This document shows positions 26,943 to 35,022 of a stretch of DNA of 61,038 nucleotides, piece after piece. Below the pieces are notes generated by a model that saw only the letters and a list, made by a program, of their open reading frames with translations, ran no database searches and was not told the origin of the DNA. Source of the DNA: an uncultured Bacilli bacterium (GTDB lineage Bacteria; Bacillota_I; Bacilli_A; RF39; UBA660); the NCBI GenBank assembly GCA_934101865.1, contig CAKOSA010000004.1, forward strand, positions 1 through 61,038, in the 5' to 3' direction. A program made the translations under genes and the position numbers. Position 1 is the stretch's first letter, and every line of letters starts with the position of its first letter.

Positions 26943-26963
26943 TGTACCTAATTTGTACCTAAA
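26943..26963. repeat. Third copy of the TGTACCTAATTTGTACCTAAA motif (candidate integrase arm-type site)
   Basis: The same 21-mer forms the outer end of both att repeats (26750-26770 and 60891-60911). Each contains two TGTACCTAA units 11 nt apart. This copy abuts the integrase stop codon. Confidence 0.6.
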
Positions 26964-26968
26964 ATTTA

Positions 26969-28066
26969 TCATTTTTCTATTAGTTTTATTATGTTGTTTA
27001 ATTTTGATTTATATAAGTGTGCGTACCTATTTAGTGTCATACTCACATCTGCGTGACCTAGATACTTTGCAACTAGTACTGGATCCGCATTTTTTGATAT
27101 TAATAAGCTAGCACAACTATGTCTAAAATCGTGTATTCTAATCTGTTTTACCCCTGCTTTTTTACAATATGCGTTTTTATGTTTTTGGATTGTTGTTTCA
27201 GGAGTAGGGTATATTCCTCCAAAAACGAACCAATCATTATTAAACCCGTCTAGGGTATTATATGTATTATATAATGTAGCAAGTTCGTTTTTGACTTTTT
27301 CTGTTATTGGTATAATCCTGTAACTTGATTTTGTTTTTGGAGGAAATAGAGTATATTTTTCTCCTTTTAACTTAGTTGTTAATGTTTTGTTTATATAAAT
27401 TGTTTTATTATCAAGGTCTATATCATTCCAAGTAAGTGCCATTAATTCTCCTTGACGTAAACCACAGTAAAATAATACTGTAAACAATGTTCTCCATAAT
27501 TGTTCATCAATAACCTCTAAAAATTTGTTGAATTCTTCCAATGTAAAGAATAGCATTTCTTTTTTCTTTTCGTTTTTGTCAACAAACTTTCCCTCAATTG
27601 CAATTACATTTGTAGTTACATTATAGTGCGTTTCGGCATATCTAACTATTTCACACAGTAATTTATATATTTTATTTTTGTAAGAACAACATAGGTCCTT
27701 ATTATTCATTTCTGTTTTCCATTTTTTAAATTGTTTTAGAGTTAATTTATTTATCTGTATTTTTCCAAGAGTATTTTCAATATGTTTGTAATAATTATTT
27801 ATCTTTTTTAATGTAGTTATCCTTAATTCTTCTTCTTTTTTTAGATATAGTTCTTTATACGCATAATTAAAGGTAATCTTTTGATTACAGACATTTTCTC
27901 CAATTGACAGTAGGAAACGTGCCTCTTCCTTAGTTGCTTCTTCCTTTGTTAAATACTTCTTACTTTTCTTTTGTTTTTTGTTTCCTTCTAGGTCACTATA
28001 ACAACATTTAAAGTACCATATCTTATTTGTTTTGGTTTTTTCTGCTTTTGATTTGTAAACTGGCAT
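26969..28066 (-). CDS. int: Tyrosine recombinase / phage integrase
   Basis: C-terminal catalytic motifs GLRQGEL, RIHDFRHSCASLL and LGHADVSMTLNRYAHL. The ATG at 28066 has better RBS spacing than the GTG at 28075. Confidence 0.9.
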   Translation of the reverse strand: MPVYKSKAEKTKTNKIWYFKCCYSDLEGNKKQKKSKKYLTKEEATKEEARFLLSIGENVCNQKITFNYAYKELYLKKEEELRITTLKKINNYYKHIENTLGKIQINKLTLKQFKKWKTEMNNKDLCCSYKNKIYKLLCEIVRYAETHYNVTTNVIAIEGKFVDKNEKKKEMLFFTLEEFNKFLEVIDEQLWRTLFTVLFYCGLRQGELMALTWNDIDLDNKTIYINKTLTTKLKGEKYTLFPPKTKSSYRIIPITEKVKNELATLYNTYNTLDGFNNDWFVFGGIYPTPETTIQKHKNAYCKKAGVKQIRIHDFRHSCASLLISKNADPVLVAKYLGHADVSMTLNRYAHLYKSKLNNIIKLIEK

Positions 28067-28238
28067 AAAAATCACATTTCCTTTCCATTATTATTGCGTA
28101 ATGATGATTTCTATGCTATAATTATATTGCATAGAAAAATTCATCGTGCTTGATTTATTTTTTTGTGTATTTGGTTCAACCTATTGCAGTAGGTTGGGCT
28201 TTTTATGTATTTTTTTTTATTTTTTTCATATACTATAA

Positions 28239-28267
28239 TTGACAAATGATATATTTTATGATATTAT
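28239..28267 (+). promoter_or_regulatory. Near-consensus sigma-A promoter of the candidate sRNA
   Basis: TTGACA (28239-28244), 17-nt spacer, TATTAT (28262-28267). Confidence 0.55.
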
Positions 28268-28273
28268 TTAGTC

Positions 28274-28373
28274 AGTGAGTGAGTAGTTCGCTGAATTGCT
28301 GAAGGGTATATTAATATATACCAGCAGGCTTGCCCTGTGGGTTCCTTCAGGCAGGGGAAAGCTCACTTTTTTT
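28274..28373 (+). ncRNA. Candidate structured small RNA convergent with, and overlapping the 3' end of, the DUF3800-like gene
   Basis: About 100 nt with G+C clearly above all flanking DNA. Helices AGTGAG/CTCACT (28274-79 / 28362-67) and CTGAAGG/CCTTCAG (28299-305 / 28344-50), plus two internal hairpins. Ends in T7 (28367-28373). Has an upstream promoter. Confidence 0.5.
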
Positions 28374-29100
28374 GTTTTGTAATAAAATTTATTAAGTTGT
28401 GCAATTCTTTTGCTTTACTCTTGTCAGGAACAAGTTTTAATCCATAACTCAAATAATTGTTATATCTACGATATATTTTATTTTTTTTGATAAATACATA
28501 ATTAAAATGAGTATTATCGTTATATTTTAATGCTTGAAATAATGCACTACAACAACAATCTGCTAATTGTAATAATCTTTTTCTTTCGTTTTGCATAATT
28601 TTAATTGACTTTATTCTGTTTACTTCTATATTGAATTTTTTATGATTGTTACTATTTAAGTAATCGCTTAGTTTTTTTTTCGATAAATTTCCTCTCGAAC
28701 TAATATTTATGTTTGCAATTCCGTTCTTTTCATTCATATACCAGCATATTCTTTCATAAAGATATCCACTGAAAAAGTTATATATGTTATTTGAAGGTAT
28801 AAACTTTATGCTTTTTGTATCTACTATTACATTGATAATTATTATATCTGAACTACGCACTATTTTCATTATCGTTTCTTTATTTGAAAAACCTTTTAAT
28901 AATTTCCAATGTAATTGACTTTTTTTATTCATTCCTAAGTTTTCTTTTATAATATCAACTTTTTTTGCTATCTCCAAGTCATTTTCTTTATCTACTATAA
29001 GAGCAGTTAATATAAAGTATTTTGAACCTTTATTTATTCCTTCATCCCCAGCTTCATCAATGTAAACATTGTATTCTTTGTTTTTTAATGCAGTATTCAT
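28363..29100 (-). CDS. DUF3800-like protein
   Basis: ATG at 29100 follows GGAAGGG (the track start at 29136 is TTG with no RBS). The N-terminal NVYIDEAGDEG and C-terminal LLQLADCCCSALFQAL resemble the conserved DESG and ADxxa motifs I associate with DUF3800. Confidence 0.55.
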   Translation of the reverse strand: MNTALKNKEYNVYIDEAGDEGINKGSKYFILTALIVDKENDLEIAKKVDIIKENLGMNKKSQLHWKLLKGFSNKETIMKIVRSSDIIIINVIVDTKSIKFIPSNNIYNFFSGYLYERICWYMNEKNGIANINISSRGNLSKKKLSDYLNSNNHKKFNIEVNRIKSIKIMQNERKRLLQLADCCCSALFQALKYNDNTHFNYVFIKKNKIYRRYNNYLSYGLKLVPDKSKAKELHNLINFITKQKK

Positions 29101-29119
29101 TCTTTTTTCCCTTCCTTTT

Positions 29120-29320
29120 TTATTTGAATAAGTCAAAAATACTGAAAGTAGTTTTTTTGTATACTTTGTTGTATAGTGATTTTTTTGGATTAGTAATTAA
29201 TCCCACTCCCTTTTTTCCATAAAAAGGATTAATACTTTTTTTGATACTTCTTTTTAGTTTTCCCGTAGTCCTCGCTTTTATGGATTTCATTGGGCTAGGT
29301 GTTCTCATTCCTATTTTCAT
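29120..29320 (-). CDS. 66-aa highly basic protein (first gene of the DUF3800 operon)
   Basis: ATG at 29320 lies 5 nt after GGAGG. MKIGMRTPSPMKSIKARTTGKLKRSIKKSINPFYGKKGVGLITNPKKSLYNKVYKKTTF... is very Lys/Arg-rich. Stop lies 19 nt before the DUF3800 ATG. Confidence 0.55.
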   Translation of the reverse strand: MKIGMRTPSPMKSIKARTTGKLKRSIKKSINPFYGKKGVGLITNPKKSLYNKVYKKTTFSIFDLFK

Positions 29321-29362
29321 CTTAGCCTCCATACACAATAGTGCTTGTCTGCACTTAATTCA

Positions 29363-29390
29363 ATTATAAAGCATATTTTCTCATTGTCAA
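29363..29390 (-). promoter_or_regulatory. Consensus sigma-A promoter for the basic-protein/DUF3800 operon
   Basis: On the minus strand: TTGACA (29390-29385), 16-nt spacer, TATAAT (29368-29363). The palindrome GTGCTTGTCTGCAC lies just downstream (29341-29354). Confidence 0.6.
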
Positions 29391-29598
29391 CTTTTTTTGT
29401 AAAATAGAGTAGGGGTGGAAAGTTGAAGAATTTAAAAAAGTTCTATAAATATCTTAAAAAACATAACTATTATAGCAGTTTTATAAAGTTATTAATAGAA
29501 CGTAGTAAAAGCACCAAATAAGGTGCTTCAATTATTATACTTGATGTAATATTATAGAAGTATATTAAAGCAAAAAAATAGTTAGACAATATTACTAA

Positions 29599-29760
29599 CT
29601 ATTTTTTTGCTGATACTATTTTTACCTGACTTCTTCCTTTTACTACATTATCGCTCCATTTGAAAGGAGTAACATTGTTTAAGGCTTCTTTCATATTTAT
29701 TGTTGGTCGAGGCTGTGTAAAGAATCCTTTAGGAAATTTAGGGCATTCTTTCTTTTGCAT
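29599..29760 (-). CDS. Small hypothetical protein (53 aa)
   Basis: ATG at 29760 is preceded by AAGGAGAGG. Downstream partner of the PemK-like ORF. Confidence 0.45.
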   Translation of the reverse strand: MQKKECPKFPKGFFTQPRPTINMKEALNNVTPFKWSDNVVKGRSQVKIVSAKK

Positions 29761-29874
29761 ATAAACACCTCTCCTTATATAATTATACACCAATTTCAAC
29801 AAAAAATGTATAAATGATTGTTGTATATAATATCATTTTATCATAATTTTGTCAACTTATTTGGAAACATTTAA

Positions 29875-30297
29875 TTAGTTTTCTATTTTATTAAGATTTT
29901 CTGTGATATTTTTTAATAATCCTTTGTCATTAAGAGCAAGTATTAATTGTACTAGTTCATCTAGAAGTTCTGCCTCCATATGGGCTATAATTTTGTATTC
30001 TATTAACTTTTTATTAAAGTAATACAATTGGTCTGCTTTTATGTAACCTTCTTTTGAATTAATTTTATCACCTGAAATATATTCTTCCTTAATGGGTAAG
30101 TTTTCTTCATATTTTAATTTTTTATTTTTATGTTCTTCATTATGAAAACTACACATCATATTTGAAACGAAGTCATATTTTAGCCCCTCAACATAATCCT
30201 CTTCATCATTAATAACTACAAATGAGTGTTTAGGTACGGAAATACCTTCTTCATTTTTAAATTCTTTTACTACTATAATATCTCCTAATTTACACAT
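29875..30297 (-). CDS. Possible PemK/MazF-fold toxin-like protein
   Basis: N-terminal GDIIVVKEF..EEG..VPKHSFVVIND resembles the GDI..V.F....G.E..K.RP.VV start of PemK/MazF-type proteins. The rest is divergent. Confidence 0.3.
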   Translation of the reverse strand: MCKLGDIIVVKEFKNEEGISVPKHSFVVINDEEDYVEGLKYDFVSNMMCSFHNEEHKNKKLKYEENLPIKEEYISGDKINSKEGYIKADQLYYFNKKLIEYKIIAHMEAELLDELVQLILALNDKGLLKNITENLNKIEN

Positions 30298-30371
30298 ATT
30301 TATCTCACTTCCTTTACTACTTTTTATATATTAAAAAAACTGTACTAGCATATTCTTAACCAAATTATGCT

Positions 30372-30725
30372 TTATTTGTTATCTTTCAAGAATTCCTTAT
30401 TAGCGTTAACGAACTGGAACAGCTTGTCCAGTTCTTTTTCCGTTAAGTCCTCATCTTTGCTCATAAAGCCGTTTTTAATTAGGAGTGATTTAAGTGCTTC
30501 AATTTCTTTTAGTTCTTCATTATTTTTGTATGAAACATTTCCCAAAAGATAGTCGGTTGTAACATTAAAGTAGTTAGCAATTTTTGTGGTTGTTTTTAAA
30601 TCTGGCTCTGTTTCGCCACGGCACCATCTACTGACAGCCTGAGTAGTATATCCAATGTGCTTGGCTAAGTCAGTTTGATAAATTCTATTTGCTTTTAGTA
30701 GTTCATTTAATCTATCTTTAAACAT
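30372..30725 (-). CDS. XRE-family HTH repressor (cI-like)
   Basis: ATG at 30725 lies 7 nt after AAAGGAG. HTH segment LKANRIYQTDLAKHIGYTTQAVSRWCRGETEP. Divergent from a Cro-like gene. Confidence 0.8.
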   Translation of the reverse strand: MFKDRLNELLKANRIYQTDLAKHIGYTTQAVSRWCRGETEPDLKTTTKIANYFNVTTDYLLGNVSYKNNEELKEIEALKSLLIKNGFMSKDEDLTEKELDKLFQFVNANKEFLKDNK

Positions 30726-30818
30726 AATCAAACTCCTTTCTTATATTAACATTATACAACATTTAGTTTTGAAAATAAATAAAAAATGAAAAAAATAAAC
30801 AAAAATGCAAAAAAACTG

Positions 30819-30872
30819 TTGACATTTTAAACAAAATGTTGTACAATCAAATTGTAATCAAAATTGATTACA
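30819..30872 (+). promoter_or_regulatory. Early rightward promoter with operator-like inverted repeat
   Basis: TTGACA (30819-24), 17-nt spacer, TACAAT (30842-47), followed by the 9-bp inverted repeat TGTAATCAA-AA-TTGATTACA (30853-30872). Confidence 0.55.
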
Positions 30873-31112
30873 GAAAAGTTGTATAAAAAAAGATATCAAG
30901 CCCCAGTCGGCAAACTTGTACTTGATATCAAAGAAAGAATTATAAGAATAATTTTTCAATTATCTTATATAACAAACATTCCATAAACAAAATAACCAAC
31001 AAGTAACCACAACTAATGGCCTTTTGTAATTATAGATGTCTTTCTTACCTTTTGCAAGGTAATTAAATTATACAACAAATAGTTATTAAAGTCAATTGGA
31101 GGTGAGTAAAAA

Positions 31113-31328
31113 ATGGAAAAAAGAGACTGGTTAACAAAAATGCGACAAGAAAGAAAGTTAGACCAAAAATCAATGGCTGAATTAATTGGAACATCGCAAC
31201 AGTTTTACAGTTATGTAGAAAGTGGTAAAAGAAGACCAAGCCCAGAAATTGCAATCAAAATAGCAAAGGTTTTGAATTTCGACTGGACAATATTTTATAA
31301 ACCAGTTAAAAAAATTAAAATACAATAA
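31113..31328 (+). CDS. XRE-family HTH protein (Cro-like)
   Basis: GGAGGTGAG RBS. HTH segment RKLDQKSMAELIGTSQQFYSYVESGKRRP. Divergent from the repressor. Confidence 0.75.
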   Translation: MEKRDWLTKMRQERKLDQKSMAELIGTSQQFYSYVESGKRRPSPEIAIKIAKVLNFDWTIFYKPVKKIKIQ

Positions 31329-31433
31329 AAAAAGCCACTGCAATGGCAAATCAAGCACGAAAGGAAGAATAATGGAGAAGACTTTAAAAAGGAAAAAAGG
31401 CCTGTTTATGATTATATAGAGCAGGAAAAAGTA

Positions 31434-31658
31434 TTGAATAAGCCTTGGTTATGTACAGAGGATTTAAAAATAATATTACCACTTGGTGAAAGTGCGGTTA
31501 ATGGATTTAGAAAATCTGTATGTGATGAGATGGACAAAAACAATGAGTTTTATTTCAAAACACGACCAATACTTATACCTACTAGAAAAGTAGTAGAAAA
31601 ATTAAATATAGATGTTGCTCTTATTAGAAGAGAAGCTAGAAAGATGAGAAAGAGGTAA
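31434..31658 (+). CDS. Hypothetical early protein (possible small DNA-binding or excisionase-like protein)
   Basis: 74 aa with a basic C-terminus (REARKMRKR). Call rests on position after cro only. Confidence 0.35.
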   Translation: MNKPWLCTEDLKIILPLGESAVNGFRKSVCDEMDKNNEFYFKTRPILIPTRKVVEKLNIDVALIRREARKMRKR

Positions 31659-31663
31659 TAGAA

Positions 31664-31900
31664 ATGAAAATAAGAATAAAGTGGAATAATGTGATATTAG
31701 CAATGTTATTTGTGGCATCTATGACTATTATAATCGGACAATTTTGTTATATATTCATTTACCCAATATTTAGTGGTCACGTAATTGGTCTTACTTGGCT
31801 AGGGATATCATTACTAACAGTAGTTAGTTATGTAGCATATACATCTTATGAGGCATTAAAAGAGAGTGCCAGCTATAAACCAAAGCACTCAAATAACTAA
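31664..31900 (+). CDS. Small two-TM membrane protein
   Basis: 78 aa with two clear hydrophobic helices. Confidence 0.5.
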   Translation: MKIRIKWNNVILAMLFVASMTIIIGQFCYIFIYPIFSGHVIGLTWLGISLLTVVSYVAYTSYEALKESASYKPKHSNN

Positions 31901-31956
31901 ATACTTGTCAAGTATACTACAAAAAGAGTGTTTTGTCAAATAAAGGAGGAATAGAA

Positions 31957-32130
31957 ATGGAAGAAAATAGAATAGATGAAAACAGTATAACAATAAGTGC
32001 ATCCAATGAAGAAATTAAAATGGATGATTTAGTACAATTAGCAATTAATTATTTATATGATAGATTTAAAAATATAAATTATATATCAGCTCAGGATGTT
32101 GAATTGTTTAAATTACTTTATAGGTATTAA
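31957..32130 (+). CDS. Hypothetical small protein
   Basis: ATG at 31957 is preceded by AAAGGAGG. Confidence 0.45.
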   Translation: MEENRIDENSITISASNEEIKMDDLVQLAINYLYDRFKNINYISAQDVELFKLLYRY

Positions 32131-32134
32131 AAAA

Positions 32135-32159
32135 GACTAGATATTGCGAGTATCTAATC
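32135..32159 (-). terminator. Hairpin terminator for the leftward small gene (also ends the cro operon)
   Basis: TAGATA / TATCTA stem with a 7-nt loop. The A5 run on the plus strand gives a U-run for the minus-strand transcript. Confidence 0.45.
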
Positions 32160-32167
32160 TTATAGAA

Positions 32168-32380
32168 TTAAACACCTTGAATAGAGTTATTGCCCTTATC
32201 TATTGTTTCAGTTGCTATTTGCTTTTTGTCTAGTTCATCAATCTTGTTATAGATTTTTTCAAATGCTTCTGGTATTGCATTTAATCTATCGTAAGTATCT
32301 TTTGTTGAATTAGATACAACTGCAATGATAATATCGGCAGTAATTCTAAGCTTATCGTTATTACTAGTCAATTTACACAC
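32168..32380 (-). CDS. Hypothetical 70-aa protein in reverse orientation within the early region
   Basis: GTG start after AGTGAGG. The only leftward ORF between cro and the replication genes. Has its own terminator. Confidence 0.4.
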   Translation of the reverse strand: MCKLTSNNDKLRITADIIIAVVSNSTKDTYDRLNAIPEAFEKIYNKIDELDKKQIATETIDKGNNSIQGV

Positions 32381-32446
32381 CTCACTTTCTAAATTAATTA
32401 TAAGTTAGAAAATAAAAAAAGTAAATAAAAAAAGAAAGGGGACAAA

Positions 32447-33262
32447 ATGGATGATGGATTCATAAAGATACACCGACGGATGCTTAAATGGGAATGGTAC
32501 AAAGACACAAATACTAAGGTACTGTTTCTACATTGTTTGTTAAAGGCGAATTGGAAAGATGGGAGATTTCAAGGAATAGAAGTTCCAAGAGGAAGTTTTG
32601 TTACAAGCTTATCTACATTAAGCGAAGAACTGTCTAGTAAAGAACAGACTTTTACAGTTCAGAACGTTAGGACATCACTAAAACACTTAACTCTAACAGG
32701 GGAGCTAACAAGCAAAAATTATTCAAAATACCGCATAATTACGGTGAATAAGTACAATGAATATCAAGTTGCTAACATAGTACCTAACAATCAGCTAACA
32801 AACAGCCAACAAGCAACTAACAAGCACCTAACAACAATAGAAGAAAAGAAAGAAATATATAATACCTACAACACCATATACGCGTACACGGAAAAACAAT
32901 TTGGAAGAGTTCTATCAGCAACAGAAAAAGAAGAGATAACCAAATGGCCTGATACAGAACTTACGATGTATGCAATTAAACAAGCAATGCTCTATGGAAA
33001 GAGTAATGTTAAATACGTTTCAAAAATAATCGAAGCCTACGGGAGAGAGAACATACAGACTGTTCAACAAGCCCAGCGAAGGGAAAGAGAGTATGCGGAG
33101 GCTAAGAAGAGAAAACAAGAAATGAAAAGAAACAATGGGTATCAGAAGAATACCAAAACAATTGAACCAGAACCTGAATGGTTAAACCAAAAAATCGAAA
33201 AACAAGAACTTACACCAGAAGAAAGAGAAGAACTGGACGAGTTACTGAAAGAGTACAAGTAG
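32447..33262 (+). CDS. DnaD-domain replication initiation / replisome organizer protein
   Basis: N-terminal winged-helix-like region (FIKIHRRMLKWEWY) and a DnaD-like repeat YTEKQFGRVLSATEKEEITKW...AIKQAMLYGKSNVKYVSKIIEAY. Confidence 0.65.
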   Translation: MDDGFIKIHRRMLKWEWYKDTNTKVLFLHCLLKANWKDGRFQGIEVPRGSFVTSLSTLSEELSSKEQTFTVQNVRTSLKHLTLTGELTSKNYSKYRIITVNKYNEYQVANIVPNNQLTNSQQATNKHLTTIEEKKEIYNTYNTIYAYTEKQFGRVLSATEKEEITKWPDTELTMYAIKQAMLYGKSNVKYVSKIIEAYGRENIQTVQQAQRREREYAEAKKRKQEMKRNNGYQKNTKTIEPEPEWLNQKIEKQELTPEEREELDELLKEYK

Positions 33263-33293
33263 CTGAAAGAAAAAAGAAAGGAAGAAAAAAAGA

Positions 33294-34184
33294 ATGAAGA
33301 ATGAAATAGCGGTAGTAGAGCAACTACCAAAAATAATTGACAAAATGGAAATAATAGGTGCAGACCTAGAAAAAAGACTTGAAGAGTTAAAACTAGATGA
33401 CCTCATTTGCACAGAGGAAACTAGAAAGGGAATAACAGACTTTAGGACAAGTCTAAAAAAAGAGCAAACAGAATTTGAAAATCAAAGAAAAAATATCAAA
33501 AACGAAATAATGGCACCTTACGAAGAGTTTAACAAAATTTACGACGCAAATATCAAGAGCAAGTATGCAAATGCAATAGCAATTTTAACTGAAAAGATAA
33601 CGGTGGTTGAAAACACTATTAGGGAAAATACAAAAACCAAAATGATAGAGTTCTTTGAGGAAAAAAGAAATGCTAGCAATATCAAATCCGAGTGGCTAAG
33701 TTTTGACGAGTTAAACATTAAAATTGGTATCAATCAACTTACGTCAAAAGGAGAACTAGTTAAGAAAGTCAAAGACGAAATAAATGACGCAGTGGATACA
33801 ATTAAAACTTGCATAGACACAATAAATTCAATGCAGAACAAAGAAGAAATACTTGCGGAGTACTTAAAGCATAAAAACTTACAAATGGCTATCAAAGAGG
33901 TAAATGATAGGCACGAGATACTTAGCCAAGTGCAAAGAGACTACGAGGCAGTAGAAGAAATACAAGTTCAAGAGGAGCAAGCAATTGAAAAAGTAAACGA
34001 AGTTTTAGAAGCACCAATTGAGGGACAAATGAGCATTGATGACTTCGAGGAAGAAGTAGTACAAGAACCAGTAAAAGGATTATTTATTGCTAGATTTGAA
34101 GCATTAGCAGAAACAGAGGAAGCTTTGATAGATTTAGTTAATTTTATGAGGGAAAGAGGTATAAAGTATGAATCAATTGAATAA
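33294..34184 (+). CDS. DUF1351-like phage protein (recombination-module accessory)
   Basis: About 300-aa coiled-coil-rich protein directly upstream of recT, the usual position of DUF1351 in Firmicute phages. Confidence 0.4.
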   Translation: MKNEIAVVEQLPKIIDKMEIIGADLEKRLEELKLDDLICTEETRKGITDFRTSLKKEQTEFENQRKNIKNEIMAPYEEFNKIYDANIKSKYANAIAILTEKITVVENTIRENTKTKMIEFFEEKRNASNIKSEWLSFDELNIKIGINQLTSKGELVKKVKDEINDAVDTIKTCIDTINSMQNKEEILAEYLKHKNLQMAIKEVNDRHEILSQVQRDYEAVEEIQVQEEQAIEKVNEVLEAPIEGQMSIDDFEEEVVQEPVKGLFIARFEALAETEEALIDLVNFMRERGIKYESIE

Positions 34185-35022
34185 TAAACCAAAATTTAGC
34201 TTAGCAATTCAAAGCGACGCATACAAAAGACTAATTAATAATACGCTTGGAGACCCTAAGAGGTCTGCTAAGTTCATAGCAGGTATTACTAGTGCGGTAG
34301 CAACTAATCAGGCTTTACAAGAGTGTGACGCAGGAAGTATATTGAGTGGAGCATTGCTTGGCGAGGCACTTAATTTAAGTCCAAGCCCTCAATTAGGACA
34401 ATACTACTTAGTACCATTTAAAGGTAAAGCACAGTTTCAATTAGGCTATAAGGGATACATACAATTGGCTATTAGGAGCGGTCAATATAAGAAATTAAAC
34501 GTACTAGCAATCAAAGAGGGCGAACTAATTAGTTACGATGCCTTAAACGAAGAAATAGATGTCAGACTAATCGATGATGAAGAAGAAAGAGAAAATGCAA
34601 ATACAATCGGTTATTATGCAATGTTTGAATACACAAACGGATTTAGAAAAACTCTTTATTGGTCAAAAAACAAGATGAAAAAGCACGCGACACAATATTC
34701 TCAATCATATATTAGAGATGTAAAAGATGGTACAAGATATTCCTTTTGGAGCAAAGATTTTGACGGAATGGCCTTTAAAACAATGCTTAGACAACTTATC
34801 AGTAAGTGGGGAATTATGAGTGTTGAAATGCAAGAGGCATTATCAAAAGATATGGCTGTAATTAGAGAAGATGGTAGTTATGACTACGTAGATAATACCC
34901 CAGTAACAGAACCAAAACAAGTGGTAGAACATCCAACAGAAGAACCAAAACAAGAACAACCACCAGTACAAACAACTACTACTAATATAGAGCCTAAAAA
35001 GGTAAATATCAATGAATTATAG
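34168..35022 (+). CDS. recT: RecT-family single-strand annealing recombinase
   Basis: Motifs SILSGALLGEALNLSP, QLGYKGYIQLAIRSGQYK and YYAMFEY.NGF are typical of RecT. Confidence 0.8.
   Translation: MNQLNNKPKFSLAIQSDAYKRLINNTLGDPKRSAKFIAGITSAVATNQALQECDAGSILSGALLGEALNLSPSPQLGQYYLVPFKGKAQFQLGYKGYIQLAIRSGQYKKLNVLAIKEGELISYDALNEEIDVRLIDDEEERENANTIGYYAMFEYTNGFRKTLYWSKNKMKKHATQYSQSYIRDVKDGTRYSFWSKDFDGMAFKTMLRQLISKWGIMSVEMQEALSKDMAVIREDGSYDYVDNTPVTEPKQVVEHPTEEPKQEQPPVQTTTTNIEPKKVNINEL

Noticed and set aside
26760-26951. 63-aa ORF spanning attL and the tmRNA 3' fragment, and 26526-26735(+) opposite the SUFU-like gene.
   Set aside because: The first is made of the att repeat, the tmRNA terminator and phage-end non-coding DNA, has no RBS, and the same sequence at attR is non-coding. 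The second is antisense to a supported gene.
30873-31112. Long (about 240 nt) leader between the early promoter/operator and cro as a possible ncRNA or riboswitch (contains the GATATCAAG...CTTGATATC hairpin).
   Set aside because: Only one convincing hairpin, AT-rich, and no terminator. More simply explained as the immunity-region spacer with additional operator or promoter elements; insufficient evidence to call an RNA gene.
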